A stretch of DNA of 28,269 bases from a virus (taxonomy: Duplodnaviria; Caudoviricetes), in the IMG/VR virus record IMGVR_UViG_3300016471_000119, positions 1 to 28,269 of that record; one strand, 5' to 3'. Below are positions 7,848-17,850 of this stretch, piece after piece. Numbering within the stretch: position 1 is the stretch's first letter; every line of letters begins with the position of its first letter. The position numbers were made by a program, and so were the translations under genes. The notes beneath the pieces were generated by a model. That model had not been told where the DNA came from and made no database searches. It saw only the letters and a program-made list of their open reading frames with translations.

Positions 7848-8331
7848 TGAGCTAGAAGCCTATACTAATTACCTACTGAGCAGGCTAGGCAGTCAATTAG
7901 ACCCCACTACTATCATCAGCAACAGCTATCTGCACTGTGTTAACATTGAATGCACTGATCTAGATACCATGAAGTCCTACATGCTTAATACTATCAAGAA
8001 GCAGATACTCTGGTCAAGTAGTCAAAGCAATAAAGAGGAGCGTGTTAACAGCTCTGATGATGAGGTAGAGCAGATAGATGATACCACTGACTTAGATATG
8101 AAGATACTAGAGGAGAAAGCATACCAACGCAATAAGGCTTTCATTGAAATATACCGCTCCAGGTGCCATGATAGGGTATCTCAGATAGTACTCAGTGCCT
8201 ACATTGATAAAGGATACAATACAGCTAGAGCAATGGCTAAGTACTTCGACATACCGGTGACCTCAGCACACTACCTTATAGCAGATATTAAACAAAATCT
8301 CCGTGAAATACAATATAAGTATGAGAACTAG
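7807..8331 (+). CDS. Putative phage-encoded ECF-like sigma factor / late transcription factor
   Basis: 174 aa; region-2-like N-half (YSELEAYTNYLL...IISNSYL...KSYMLNTIKKQ), acidic linker, region-4-like HTH (GYNTARAMAKYFDIPVTSAHYLIADIKQNLR); last gene before the late region. Confidence 0.6.
   Translation: MKAILDQLVSSQYSELEAYTNYLLSRLGSQLDPTTIISNSYLHCVNIECTDLDTMKSYMLNTIKKQILWSSSQSNKEERVNSSDDEVEQIDDTTDLDMKILEEKAYQRNKAFIEIYRSRCHDRVSQIVLSAYIDKGYNTARAMAKYFDIPVTSAHYLIADIKQNLREIQYKYEN
8289..8317 (+). promoter_or_regulatory. Putative phage late promoter 1
   Basis: TAAACA-N15-ACAATATA-AGT-ATG(8321). Confidence 0.75.
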
Positions 8332-8512
8332 CCAAATCATAGCTGGTTGCTGTACCTTGTTTGGTATGTCAACAGGAATATCACTACTGTTTCATAACTT
8401 TCAATGGGCAGCTTATGGAGCTGGTTGCTGGATCATAGGATATTATTTATTTTTAATTGCACAAGAAAATGAGTACAAGCAAGACGAAGAGCAAGATCAA
8501 GATCAACCCTAA
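8321..8512 (+). CDS. Small two-TM membrane protein
   Basis: Two hydrophobic stretches and an acidic tail; start reassigned to ATG 8321 after the motif. Confidence 0.65.
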   Translation: MRTSQIIAGCCTLFGMSTGISLLFHNFQWAAYGAGCWIIGYYLFLIAQENEYKQDEEQDQDQP

Positions 8513-8672
8513 TTACCTAGGTGAAGTTATTGAAATAACAGGACCTAATGGCTTTACAAGTGTAGAGGTCACTGAAAACATGGTGGAGGAGCAAGAGTAT
8601 TATACTGCTTTAGGTTTTGGTCACTTATTCATTGTTGAACATGCCAAGAGCGAAGATAGGGGAGACGCCTGA
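8469..8672 (+). CDS. Hypothetical protein
   Basis: ATG 8469 with A-rich upstream; overlaps both neighbours. Confidence 0.65.
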   Translation: MSTSKTKSKIKINPNYLGEVIEITGPNGFTSVEVTENMVEEQEYYTALGFGHLFIVEHAKSEDRGDA

Positions 8673-9105
8673 GCAGTACATCAAGAGGTGTATGGCTGAC
8701 CCTGAGACCCTGGAGAAGTTCCCAGAAGAGGCTCAGAGGTATGCAGTATGCGCTTCTATGTATGATACTCCTCTAGGTAACTACAAGAACGTGTTTGCAC
8801 AGTCCTATAATGACTATCCTAAGGCTGCAAAAGAGAACGCTAAGACAGCACTCAAGTGGGCAGAGGAGAATGGATGGGGTAGATGTGGTACCGGAGTAGG
8901 CAAGGCAAGAGCAAACCAACTAGCCAAGGGTGAACCTATTACTGAGAGCACCATTGCACGTATGGCAGGGTTTGCTAGACATAGAGGTAGTTCTGAGCGT
9001 GAGCTTGGTGATGGATGCGGTAGACTTATGTGGCTTGCTTGGGGTGGTGATGAAGGTATTGAATGGGCACAACGTAAACTAAAACAAATTAGAGGTGAAG
9101 CATAA
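8641..9105 (+). CDS. Hypothetical head-morphogenesis-associated protein (two modules)
   Basis: GETPEQYIKRCM...QRYAVC module plus SYNDYP...RANQLA...RM..F.RH...WLAWGGDEG..WA module. Confidence 0.7.
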   Translation: MPRAKIGETPEQYIKRCMADPETLEKFPEEAQRYAVCASMYDTPLGNYKNVFAQSYNDYPKAAKENAKTALKWAEENGWGRCGTGVGKARANQLAKGEPITESTIARMAGFARHRGSSERELGDGCGRLMWLAWGGDEGIEWAQRKLKQIRGEA

Positions 9106-9517
9106 ATACATATCTACTCCTGAGGACCTACAGAAGATGTGGGAAGACTACAAGGCAGAACTACCTACTGACCTACTACCTACACTGTCTACTAAGACTG
9201 GTGAAATAATGTACCTACCTGTGCAGAAACCTCCTACAAGATGGGGCTTTGAAGCCTATGTATGGAAGGTTTATGGCCATCATGTTAAGCAATATCTTGA
9301 TAATCAGGATAAGCTATACAATGATTATATGGGAGTCGTTTCGTACATAAGGAATGACTGGACCGCTGAGCATGTCACTGGCACCATGACCGGCAAGTAC
9401 AAGGCACCCAACCTGACAGCAAGAGTGACAGGAGTCTATGACAATGTAGATGTGACTACCAAGGGTGAGGCTATCACTGACATCAAGGTTACCATCGTAC
9501 AGCCTGACAATGATTGA
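9095..9517 (+). CDS. terS: Terminase small subunit (P22 gp3-like)
   Basis: TPEDLQKMWEDY, KPPTRWGF, GKYKAPNLTAR, VDVTTKGE; just upstream of terL. Confidence 0.7.
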   Translation: MKHKYISTPEDLQKMWEDYKAELPTDLLPTLSTKTGEIMYLPVQKPPTRWGFEAYVWKVYGHHVKQYLDNQDKLYNDYMGVVSYIRNDWTAEHVTGTMTGKYKAPNLTARVTGVYDNVDVTTKGEAITDIKVTIVQPDND

Positions 9518-9719
9518 CCAGGTAGACTACATGGCCTCAGTGGTGGAGGACTTCATCTTTAAGGTTAAAGGTGAGAAGGTCCGCATCAATAGAAGGCTAG
9601 TAGCTATGGACCCTCGGCAGTTGGTGATGCTGTACAACACCTACCAACAGATAGCACATGGAGCTAAAGAGCACGATCATATTCCAAAAGAACCTGGAGG
9701 CACTCAAGAGCCCACATAG
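9510..9719 (+). CDS. Hypothetical protein between the terminase genes
   Basis: ATG 9510 overlaps the terS end. Confidence 0.6.
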   Translation: MIDQVDYMASVVEDFIFKVKGEKVRINRRLVAMDPRQLVMLYNTYQQIAHGAKEHDHIPKEPGGTQEPT

Positions 9720-10806
9720 GTTTATAGTTAACGAGGGAGGGAGTAGGAGTAGTAAGACCTATAGCTTATGTCAACTGGTCATAGTCTACTGCCTGCAGAA
9801 CAAGGGCAAGGTAGTTAGCATCATACGTAAGACCTTCCCTGCTTTAAGGGCTACAGTTCTAAGAGACTTTACGGAGATACTCAAGGGGTTAGGTATATAC
9901 TCTGTAGATGCACATAACAAGAGTGAACAGATATACACCTTTGCCAATGGTAGTATGGTGGAGTTCTTTAGTGTGGATGATGAGCAGAAGATTAGAGGGC
10001 GGAAGCGTGACATAGCATGGTGCAACGAAGCCAATGAGCTGTACTTCGATGACTTCACCCAGCTTAACATGAGGACTGAGCACAAGCTAATCTTTGACTA
10101 CAACCCCTCAGATAACAGCTCATGGCTGTATGAGCTACCACCAGAGGACACCACATTGATACGGTCCACCTACAAGGACAACCCCTTCTTGCCTCAGAGC
10201 ATACGCAACCAGATAGAGGACTTGAAGAGAACAGATGAGGCACTGTACCAGATATATGCCTTAGGGCAAAAGGCAGTGAGCAAGAGTAACATCTACAGCA
10301 ACTGGACCTTCATGACTCATAGACCTGCTAGGTTCACTCAGTTTGTGTATGGCCTTGACTTCGGGTACAACCACCCCACTGCACTTATGAGGGTGTACTG
10401 GCATGAGCGTGATATATTCATTGAGCCTGTAATCTATGAGAGCTACCTGACCACCACCATGCTCATTGATAAGATGGGTACACTGAACATAGAGAAGGAG
10501 GTAACTATATTGGCTGACTACTCAAGACCTGAGATTATAGCGGAGATGGTCAATGCCGGGTACGATGTTATCAATGCCAACAAGGTGGTAAAGAAAGGCA
10601 TAGACTACGTTAAGACCTTCGGGGTGTACTGCCTAGACAGCAAGGATGTGAAGAGGGAGTATGACAACTACAAGTGGAAGAAGATAGGTGACCACATCAC
10701 TGATGAACCTGTCAAGCTGTTCGATGATGCTATGGATGCTGTGAGGTATGCAGTTACATATATCAAGGATGAGTACTTCACTGACAGTGCGTATGTATCC
10801 TTCTAA
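9658..10806 (+). CDS. terL: Terminase large subunit, PBSX/SPP1-like family
   Basis: Walker A EGGSRSSKT, Walker B AWCNEANE, DYNP, STYKDNPFL, GLDFGYNHP, DDAMDAVRY. Confidence 0.95.
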   Translation: MELKSTIIFQKNLEALKSPHRFIVNEGGSRSSKTYSLCQLVIVYCLQNKGKVVSIIRKTFPALRATVLRDFTEILKGLGIYSVDAHNKSEQIYTFANGSMVEFFSVDDEQKIRGRKRDIAWCNEANELYFDDFTQLNMRTEHKLIFDYNPSDNSSWLYELPPEDTTLIRSTYKDNPFLPQSIRNQIEDLKRTDEALYQIYALGQKAVSKSNIYSNWTFMTHRPARFTQFVYGLDFGYNHPTALMRVYWHERDIFIEPVIYESYLTTTMLIDKMGTLNIEKEVTILADYSRPEIIAEMVNAGYDVINANKVVKKGIDYVKTFGVYCLDSKDVKREYDNYKWKKIGDHITDEPVKLFDDAMDAVRYAVTYIKDEYFTDSAYVSF

Positions 10807-10832
10807 ACACATGACAAGATTAAAACAATATA
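10804..10832 (+). promoter_or_regulatory. Putative phage late promoter 2
   Basis: TAAACA-N15-ACAATATA-AGT-ATG(10836). Confidence 0.75.
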
Positions 10833-10835
10833 AGT

Positions 10836-12323
10836 ATGGCAGTATCTCTAATAGCTAAACCCTACACCCTCACACCTGCATACAACGAGGTGAAGTTCAT
10901 CCATGACTCAACCAACAAGAACCTGCAGGGCTTCAAGTATATCTATGACATCTATGAGAGCGGTACCGCTAACAAGATAGCTGAGTACCGGGTGCTGCCT
11001 GTGTACGGCACTGGCTATGGTGAGGTAGACCTATCTAAGCTCTTGCAGTCGTATGTGAGCTATGACTTGAACCTGACCAACACAACGGTATACAACGCAA
11101 CCAACAGCCACTACAAGTACGATGTCAAGGTAGGTGAGGAGTACCTGACTACCACCACCTACACTTCTGCACTCACTCAGTACCTGGTAGCTCCATACAT
11201 TGGCAGGGTGCAGATTAACGTAGCTAACACCTTTGTGTTAGGTGATCAGATAAACATCACTGAGATAGGTGTTGGAGCCACTAACCCAAGCATGGAGGGG
11301 CTGTTCACTGTGGTGGTAGCTAACCCTGCCTTCATAGTAGTTAATGTGCTATGGTCCACCATAGTGAATGCTAACAAGGATGGTAACATCACCTATGCTG
11401 ATGGCAGGAGAACAGTGACCAGAAACCTGCACGTTGACCTTAATCAATACGTGTTCAATGGTGCTATCAAGTGGGTAGACATGCCTGCATACAACTGGCA
11501 AGACTACATGCTTAACTCTGGTACTGATCAGTTCCTAACTAACCTACCAGGTGATACTATATTATTCCGAACACAGTTCAATGCTACGCTATCACAGGAC
11601 CTATGGTTCAATGCTGTGGCCAATGGTAGCCCGGGAGGTACTGACTTCGTATACTTCCAGAACAACCTAGGTGATCTCTTTAGAAAGGCAGTGAATGCTA
11701 CTGACCATGTGAGTGGTATCTCAGTAGGTCCTAACAATCATGGAGTGCTAACACCTGTAGTAGGAGTACTGCCGATGATTAAGCCTGCTGTGACCAGATA
11801 CCAGGTGTTCTATGAGCGTGCCGGTGTACAGGTAACCAAGGCATACACTATAGGTATAGACAGAAGGGTACGTACTACTAAAGAGTACAGCATCCTGTTC
11901 TTAGACCGTAAGGGGTCATGGGGTAGCTTTGCCTTCACAGGGAGGGAGTATGAGAAAGGTAACATAGCTAGGACTCAGTACAATCAAGATGTAGCAGGCT
12001 TCGTCACTGGAAGCCGATGGACCTACAACACTCAAGATAGGGGCTACCTTAACACTCACATAACCACTGAGACCACACTGGACTTGAATACTAACTGGAT
12101 GACTGAGGCCATGGCAAAGTACTTCGTAGAGCTCTTGAGTTCACCCTATACATTCATTAAGACAGCTGACTACTCGGTAGACTGTGAGCTACCTGTGAGC
12201 ACTCAGTACATCAGCTGTAATATAGTTACCTCATCCTTTGAGGTATTCAAGGAGCGTAACAAGAATTTAATTAAGCAGAGCATCCAGGTGAAGCTCGCTA
12301 ATAATGATATAGTCAATGGTTAG
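10836..12323 (+). CDS. Virion structural protein, probably tail (distal-tail-like)
   Basis: Beta-rich 495 aa; FLDRKGSWGSFAF...LNTNWMTE...ELLSSP C-terminal motif; position in the tail block. Confidence 0.6.
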   Translation: MAVSLIAKPYTLTPAYNEVKFIHDSTNKNLQGFKYIYDIYESGTANKIAEYRVLPVYGTGYGEVDLSKLLQSYVSYDLNLTNTTVYNATNSHYKYDVKVGEEYLTTTTYTSALTQYLVAPYIGRVQINVANTFVLGDQINITEIGVGATNPSMEGLFTVVVANPAFIVVNVLWSTIVNANKDGNITYADGRRTVTRNLHVDLNQYVFNGAIKWVDMPAYNWQDYMLNSGTDQFLTNLPGDTILFRTQFNATLSQDLWFNAVANGSPGGTDFVYFQNNLGDLFRKAVNATDHVSGISVGPNNHGVLTPVVGVLPMIKPAVTRYQVFYERAGVQVTKAYTIGIDRRVRTTKEYSILFLDRKGSWGSFAFTGREYEKGNIARTQYNQDVAGFVTGSRWTYNTQDRGYLNTHITTETTLDLNTNWMTEAMAKYFVELLSSPYTFIKTADYSVDCELPVSTQYISCNIVTSSFEVFKERNKNLIKQSIQVKLANNDIVNG

Positions 12324-15159
12324 GATACAACTAGCAACGGGGTACCTAGATGTTAAGGAGGGTACTGCCTTCCCTTTGAACTTCCAAGTAGGAGATATCA
12401 GAGATATATCACAGCGTAAGGGTAACTTCTCTAAGACCATTAAGCTCATAGGTAGCAAGAACAATAACAAGCTACTAGGGCAGTACTATGATGTTAACAT
12501 CCAAGCAGGTACATTCAACATCAATGCACTGACTACATGCTCAGTGATACAGGATGGCATACCTATCATGGAGAATGTAAGTATGCAGCTTACCAATGTG
12601 GTGAAGGTTCAGGATACTTCAGGCTATGAGGAGTCGGTAGAGTATGAGGTCTTGGTCAAGGATAGCAAGGCTGACTTCTTTACAGCTATCAATAACAAGG
12701 AGCTCACAGATATAGACTTCAGTGATTTGAACCATACCTATGATGCATTCAATGTAGTCAACCGATTTACTAACACTGTGGCCAATGGCTTCAAGTACTT
12801 CTTACCCGGGAGTGGTGATGCCTTCTATAGCACTAATGAGTTTAAGCCTGCCATCTTTGCCAAGGTTTACATGGATAGGATCTTCGCTAATGCAGGCTTT
12901 CAGTACAACTGGTCAGGGTTAACTGCTGCTAGATTTGATAAGCTGATCATACCCTACAACGGTGATATAGATAACTTTGACTACAATGACTACATGGTCA
13001 AGGCAGAGCGCACTGTACCATTTACATTAACTGGTAATACAAGTGTGCCAGGGTATAGTAATATACCGTTTGTATCTGGTTCACCTATTACTGGGTGGAC
13101 TGAGACCGAGGATCCACAGAACAGGTACAACCCTGTGACAGGTGTATACAGTACACCCTTCAACATCAGTAGTAACAATGCACAGGAGTACACCTACACA
13201 GTACAGATAAGATATGATATAAACATCATTAACCCTACAGGTGGTAACATCTTCAGTGCGAAGCCTAACAATGCAGGTGTACAGATACCTAACCCTGCAC
13301 ACTATGCACCTGTTGTGTTAGTACAAGGTGGTGCTACTAGCTTTCAGCCACTATACACTAACCCTAACCCCTTGAGCCCTGTTGTAGCAGGAGCTGTGCA
13401 GTGTCCTCTATCTCTAGCACCAGGTACTACTACCTTGCTGAGTCAGACAGTAACAGTGACACTACCTTTATCTGCTGTTAACCTACCACAGAACACCTCT
13501 GCTAGGCTATACTTCTTTGTGCAAAACCCATCTTACATACCTGCAGGGCAAGCAGCGACTGGCACAGCATGGAGGGTAGGTAGTGTTACTGGTGCACTTG
13601 TGCCCAATGTAAGAGTAGACATGGTAATCAATTCTGTTTACTTAACCATTGTGCCTAACAATAACATAGTAGCCATAGGTGGTACCCTGGAGGTCAATGA
13701 CTACGTGCCTAAGAAGATAAAGCAGAGTGACTTCATTAAGGGTATCTTCAACATGTTCAACCTGTATGCTGAGGTAGATAAGATACAACCCAACACCATT
13801 AACCTCATACATAGAGACGACTACTATGATGCAGGCACTGAGGTAGACTGGACCTATGCGTTGGCTAAGGACCAAGAGCAGGAGCTGTCATTCTTACCAG
13901 AGCTCACAAGCAAGAAGCTAATACTGACCTATGCACCTGATACTGATAGCCCTAATGTGACCTACACCAATGCTACTAACCAGATATACGGACAGGCAGA
14001 GGTAACCTTTGACAATGAGTATGTCAAGGATGTAACCACCAAGCCTATCTTATTTGGTCCTACACCTGTGATACGTACACCTTTCAATGCTTATGTACCT
14101 ATGCTTTCAGGTGCAGCTCCTAAGACTAACCTACGGATACTATATGATAGTGGGGTGATGAAGACATGCAATGCATATAACATCTATGACTATGGTGTTG
14201 TAGGACAGGCAGGGGTACTAACCTATCCATACGTTGGTCACTTCGATGACCCACTGCTGCCTACCTTTGATATTAACTTCGCCACCTGTGCCTTCTACTA
14301 TTACAACCCTACTAGCTTAACTGAGAATAACCTATACAACAGGTATTGGCGTAGGACTATGGGACAGATAAATAATGGCAAGATGCTGACTGCCATGTTC
14401 AATCTTACTGAGAGTGACATACAGAAGATGAAGCTCAATGATAAGATACGCATTGACAACTCATGGTGGAATATAAACAAGGTCATTGACTACGATGCCA
14501 ATGCAAACAAGCTGACCAAGGTAGAGCTGATTAGTATAGATACAGAGATAGACTTCATGCCATTTGTAGCAGGCTTCAATGAGCCAGGCATAGGGCTTCC
14601 GAATGTAGGACCTATACAACAGGTAGCTAACAATACAGTAGTAAGAACCAGGAGCGCCTATGCTAATGTAACAGGTGAGGGTGGTATGCTAGGTGAAATA
14701 ATTGGCAGGGGTAATGTAGTGCCTCCTGGTGTTAGGACCATGGTAGTAGGTGATGGCTTCGAGGTCAACACCAATGGTATAGTAGTAGATAACCTGGTAG
14801 TACGTAGCAGCTACAATGGTGTGGCTGTTGATACTACACCACAGAGATACATGGCTAACCTCACACAGGTAGGGGTAGCTAACCCTACGTCGTATGTTAT
14901 GGAGGGCAGCTTTGGTACCATTACCTGGGTAAGGATAGCACAGGGGCAGTATTGGGGGTACCTTGATCAGTATGACCCATTGACTCCACTGACTGAGTTA
15001 GCTGTCATGATAAGCAGTAATATCTTCGATGGTCTTATCACTGCAGAGTACCTCCCTGCTAACCAAGTGATAGAGGTATTTACCACTCAGGTAGGTGTAG
15101 GCTTGGTAGATGGCTATCTGAATAGTACAACAATAATGATATATTACTACCCACAATAA
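12316..15159 (+). CDS. Large tail tip/hub protein
   Basis: 947 aa; LNFQVGDIRDISQRKGNFSKTI N-terminus and IKQSDFIKGIFNMFNLY; adjacent to the tape measure gene. Confidence 0.65.
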   Translation: MVRIQLATGYLDVKEGTAFPLNFQVGDIRDISQRKGNFSKTIKLIGSKNNNKLLGQYYDVNIQAGTFNINALTTCSVIQDGIPIMENVSMQLTNVVKVQDTSGYEESVEYEVLVKDSKADFFTAINNKELTDIDFSDLNHTYDAFNVVNRFTNTVANGFKYFLPGSGDAFYSTNEFKPAIFAKVYMDRIFANAGFQYNWSGLTAARFDKLIIPYNGDIDNFDYNDYMVKAERTVPFTLTGNTSVPGYSNIPFVSGSPITGWTETEDPQNRYNPVTGVYSTPFNISSNNAQEYTYTVQIRYDINIINPTGGNIFSAKPNNAGVQIPNPAHYAPVVLVQGGATSFQPLYTNPNPLSPVVAGAVQCPLSLAPGTTTLLSQTVTVTLPLSAVNLPQNTSARLYFFVQNPSYIPAGQAATGTAWRVGSVTGALVPNVRVDMVINSVYLTIVPNNNIVAIGGTLEVNDYVPKKIKQSDFIKGIFNMFNLYAEVDKIQPNTINLIHRDDYYDAGTEVDWTYALAKDQEQELSFLPELTSKKLILTYAPDTDSPNVTYTNATNQIYGQAEVTFDNEYVKDVTTKPILFGPTPVIRTPFNAYVPMLSGAAPKTNLRILYDSGVMKTCNAYNIYDYGVVGQAGVLTYPYVGHFDDPLLPTFDINFATCAFYYYNPTSLTENNLYNRYWRRTMGQINNGKMLTAMFNLTESDIQKMKLNDKIRIDNSWWNINKVIDYDANANKLTKVELISIDTEIDFMPFVAGFNEPGIGLPNVGPIQQVANNTVVRTRSAYANVTGEGGMLGEIIGRGNVVPPGVRTMVVGDGFEVNTNGIVVDNLVVRSSYNGVAVDTTPQRYMANLTQVGVANPTSYVMEGSFGTITWVRIAQGQYWGYLDQYDPLTPLTELAVMISSNIFDGLITAEYLPANQVIEVFTTQVGVGLVDGYLNSTTIMIYYYPQ

Positions 15160-17387
15160 TGAACGAAGTTGAAATACCATTAAAGATAAGCGGCATAGCT
15201 GAGATAAAGGCAGAGCTTAAGGCACTCAAGGGTGAGTTAACTAATGCTACTGACCCTGAAGAAATGGCTAGACTTGCCGAAGAGGCAGGTAAGTTATCTG
15301 ACCAATTAAATGATGCCAATGAGAAGGCAGCATTATTCGCTAATGGATCTAAATATCAGCAGTCCAGGAATGCGTTTGCATCTATGAAGGGGGACTTGAT
15401 GGAGCTAGACTTTGAAGGTGCTCAGGAGAAGGCTAAGATATTTGCGACTACATTAGGTAAAATTAATCCGGCACAATTAGGGGGCTCTATGAAAGCACTG
15501 ATGGGTACTATAGGTACACTTGGTCAAGCATTTGTAAAGCTGGGTGCAACCATTTTGATGAACCCTATATTTTTAATTGTAGCTGCTATTACTGCTATCA
15601 TTGTAGTAATAGGTTTAGTTCTCAAAAAATTTGGAGTGTTAGATGATGTGTTACAGGCATTGATGGCACCCATTAATGCATTGATTGAGGGCTTTGAGGA
15701 TTTAACTGACTGGCTTGGGTTTACAAATAATGCAGGAGAAGAGGCAGCAGAGGCAGAACAAGAAAGGCATGATAATCGTGTTAAACAAATGAAGAGAGAG
15801 CAAGAGGTAAGGGAGAGAGCATATTCGAGAGAGCAAGCTGGTTATGATAACAAAATTAAATTAGCTAAGGCAGAAGGTAAAAGCACATACGAGCTTGAGA
15901 AGGCAAAGATCAATGCATCTATTAGATATCAAAGCGTATTAAAGAAGGAACTAGAGTCTGAGCTAAGTGGGTTGTATATTCTTATTGAAAAAAAGAAAGC
16001 TGTTGGAGAAGATGTATCTGGAGATGTAAAACAAATCGCAGATCTAAAGAAAAGAATATCGGATGCAAGTATAGCTATTGAAAACTCTAGAACAGATTTG
16101 AAAGTATTAGATATTGAAAAAAAGAAAGCGGAGGCAGAGGCATTAAAGTCAAAAGAAAAAAACAATACCAATAAAAAAGAAGGGCAGAAAAATAATGAGG
16201 AAAGAATAAAAATAGAAAGAGAGCTTCGTGATTATGAACTTTCACAAATCAAAGATACTGCTGAAAGAGAGATAGCAATAACTACTGAAAAGTATGCTAG
16301 GTTACAAGAAGATCTTAAAAAGGATAAGAAAAAAACTGCAGAGCAAAAACTAGAATACGAAAAAATATACAATGATCAATTAGCAGAAGAGTTAAAAACT
16401 CAAGAGGCAAATAGAAGAAAGATAGCAGAAGATAACGAAAGGAAAGCTAATGAAGCTATCCTACAACTCAGGTTACAACTTATGCCGGAAGGTACTGAGA
16501 AAGAAAAGGCACTACAGGATGATAAGTACAAGAAGCTACGTGATGCAGCCATTGCCGATACCACACTAACAGAAGAGAAGCGTAATGAGATACTAGCCTT
16601 GTATGATGAACAGCGTAGGCAAGAAGATCAGAAGAAGATAGATGAAAAAAGCAAACAGCAAGCTGCATTATTACTATTACTGCAAAGTCAAGAGGATCAA
16701 GAGCTAGAAGCACTTAGGGTAAAGTATGAAGAGGAGCGTAAACTAGCTGAGGGTAACGCTGCATTACTTTTAGCATTAGAAGATAAGTACACTAAGGATA
16801 AACAAAAAATACAGGATGATGCTAATCTACGTGAGATAGAAGCTGCTCGGGTAAAGAGAGATGCTATCATACAAGCAAGCCAAGATATATTTAGTGGACT
16901 TAGCAACCTAGGTACTTCATTAATCAAGGATCAAAAGAAGCTAGAGAAGTTTAACAAGGCATCTGCTTTGATACAGATAGGTATTGATACAGCCAAGGCT
17001 ATCTCTGCTCTAGTAGCACAGAGTCAAGCTAACCCCTTTAATGCTATCACAGCAGGTGCTGCGGGTGTAGCACAGTTTGCTACCGGTATCATACAGATAC
17101 TTACTAACATAGCCAAGGCTAAGCAGATACTATCATCTGGAGGTACTCCATCTGCAAGCGGTGGCGGTGGTGGTGGTGGCAATGGTGGTGGTGGTGGTGG
17201 AGGTGCTACTGCTCAAGTTGTACCACAGGCTGCACAACTATTCGGACAAGCTAACACAGGTAACCAGGTTCAAGCAGGTGGACAAACTACTGAGAGCAGC
17301 ATGACAGTCACAGCGGTAGTGAGTGAGACAGCTATGACATCCACACAGAATAAGATACAACGAATTAACAAGAATGCAGAACTATGA
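15159..17387 (+). CDS. Tape measure protein
   Basis: Long coiled-coil, hydrophobic MNPIFLIVAAITAIIVVIG segment, C-terminal IDTAKAIS...AQF region and Gly-rich linker. Confidence 0.8.
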   Translation: MNEVEIPLKISGIAEIKAELKALKGELTNATDPEEMARLAEEAGKLSDQLNDANEKAALFANGSKYQQSRNAFASMKGDLMELDFEGAQEKAKIFATTLGKINPAQLGGSMKALMGTIGTLGQAFVKLGATILMNPIFLIVAAITAIIVVIGLVLKKFGVLDDVLQALMAPINALIEGFEDLTDWLGFTNNAGEEAAEAEQERHDNRVKQMKREQEVRERAYSREQAGYDNKIKLAKAEGKSTYELEKAKINASIRYQSVLKKELESELSGLYILIEKKKAVGEDVSGDVKQIADLKKRISDASIAIENSRTDLKVLDIEKKKAEAEALKSKEKNNTNKKEGQKNNEERIKIERELRDYELSQIKDTAEREIAITTEKYARLQEDLKKDKKKTAEQKLEYEKIYNDQLAEELKTQEANRRKIAEDNERKANEAILQLRLQLMPEGTEKEKALQDDKYKKLRDAAIADTTLTEEKRNEILALYDEQRRQEDQKKIDEKSKQQAALLLLLQSQEDQELEALRVKYEEERKLAEGNAALLLALEDKYTKDKQKIQDDANLREIEAARVKRDAIIQASQDIFSGLSNLGTSLIKDQKKLEKFNKASALIQIGIDTAKAISALVAQSQANPFNAITAGAAGVAQFATGIIQILTNIAKAKQILSSGGTPSASGGGGGGGNGGGGGGGATAQVVPQAAQLFGQANTGNQVQAGGQTTESSMTVTAVVSETAMTSTQNKIQRINKNAEL
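17160..17204 (+). repeat. GGT-rich trinucleotide repeat encoding G7-N-G7
   Basis: ggtggcggtggtggtggtggcaatggtggtggtggtggtggaggt. Confidence 0.85.
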
Positions 17388-17821
17388 TAAGTCTACAGTC
17401 CACCATTAACAAGATCATAACTTTTTACAATGCTCATCTTCAAGTTAAGAAGGTAGGTACTGACTTCAAGGAGCAGCTTTACAACTTCGCCACCAAGGAT
17501 GAGAAGTATCCTATAGTATTCATAGTACCTGTATCAGTTAGCAACACTGAGAATACTAACCTGTTCACCCTAGATATCTATTGCTTTGATATCATCCAAA
17601 AGGATAGGGCTAACATCATCACTATACTGAGTGATACACATCAGATACTCATGGACTTATTCAACTACTTTACATTTAGCAAGGACCATAGCATGGATGT
17701 AAGTGGTACACCTACCTTCACTGCATTGAACAATGACCTACTAGACTATGCAGCAGGGTATCTTATGACCATAACCTTAGAGGTAAGTAACTGGACTGAC
17801 TGTGACGTGCCACTATCTTAA
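17384..17821 (+). CDS. Putative tail terminator/completion protein
   Basis: 145 aa; YPIVFIVP...FTLDIYCFD...AGYLMTITLEV pattern. Confidence 0.55.
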   Translation: MISLQSTINKIITFYNAHLQVKKVGTDFKEQLYNFATKDEKYPIVFIVPVSVSNTENTNLFTLDIYCFDIIQKDRANIITILSDTHQILMDLFNYFTFSKDHSMDVSGTPTFTALNNDLLDYAAGYLMTITLEVSNWTDCDVPLS

Positions 17822-17847
17822 ACATTTAAGCACCTTAGAACAATATA
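17819..17847 (+). promoter_or_regulatory. Putative phage late promoter 3
   Basis: TAAACA-N15-ACAATATA-AGT-ATG(17851). Confidence 0.75.
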
Positions 17848-17850
17848 AGT

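Noticed and set aside
10807-10815. ACACATGAC shared with origin repeat 1701-1709
   Set aside because: A single 9-mer in a variable promoter spacer, lacking the GACGC core; plausible by chance
17160-17204. GGT repeat as a phase-variation locus
   Set aside because: In-frame glycine linker; length change would not switch expression
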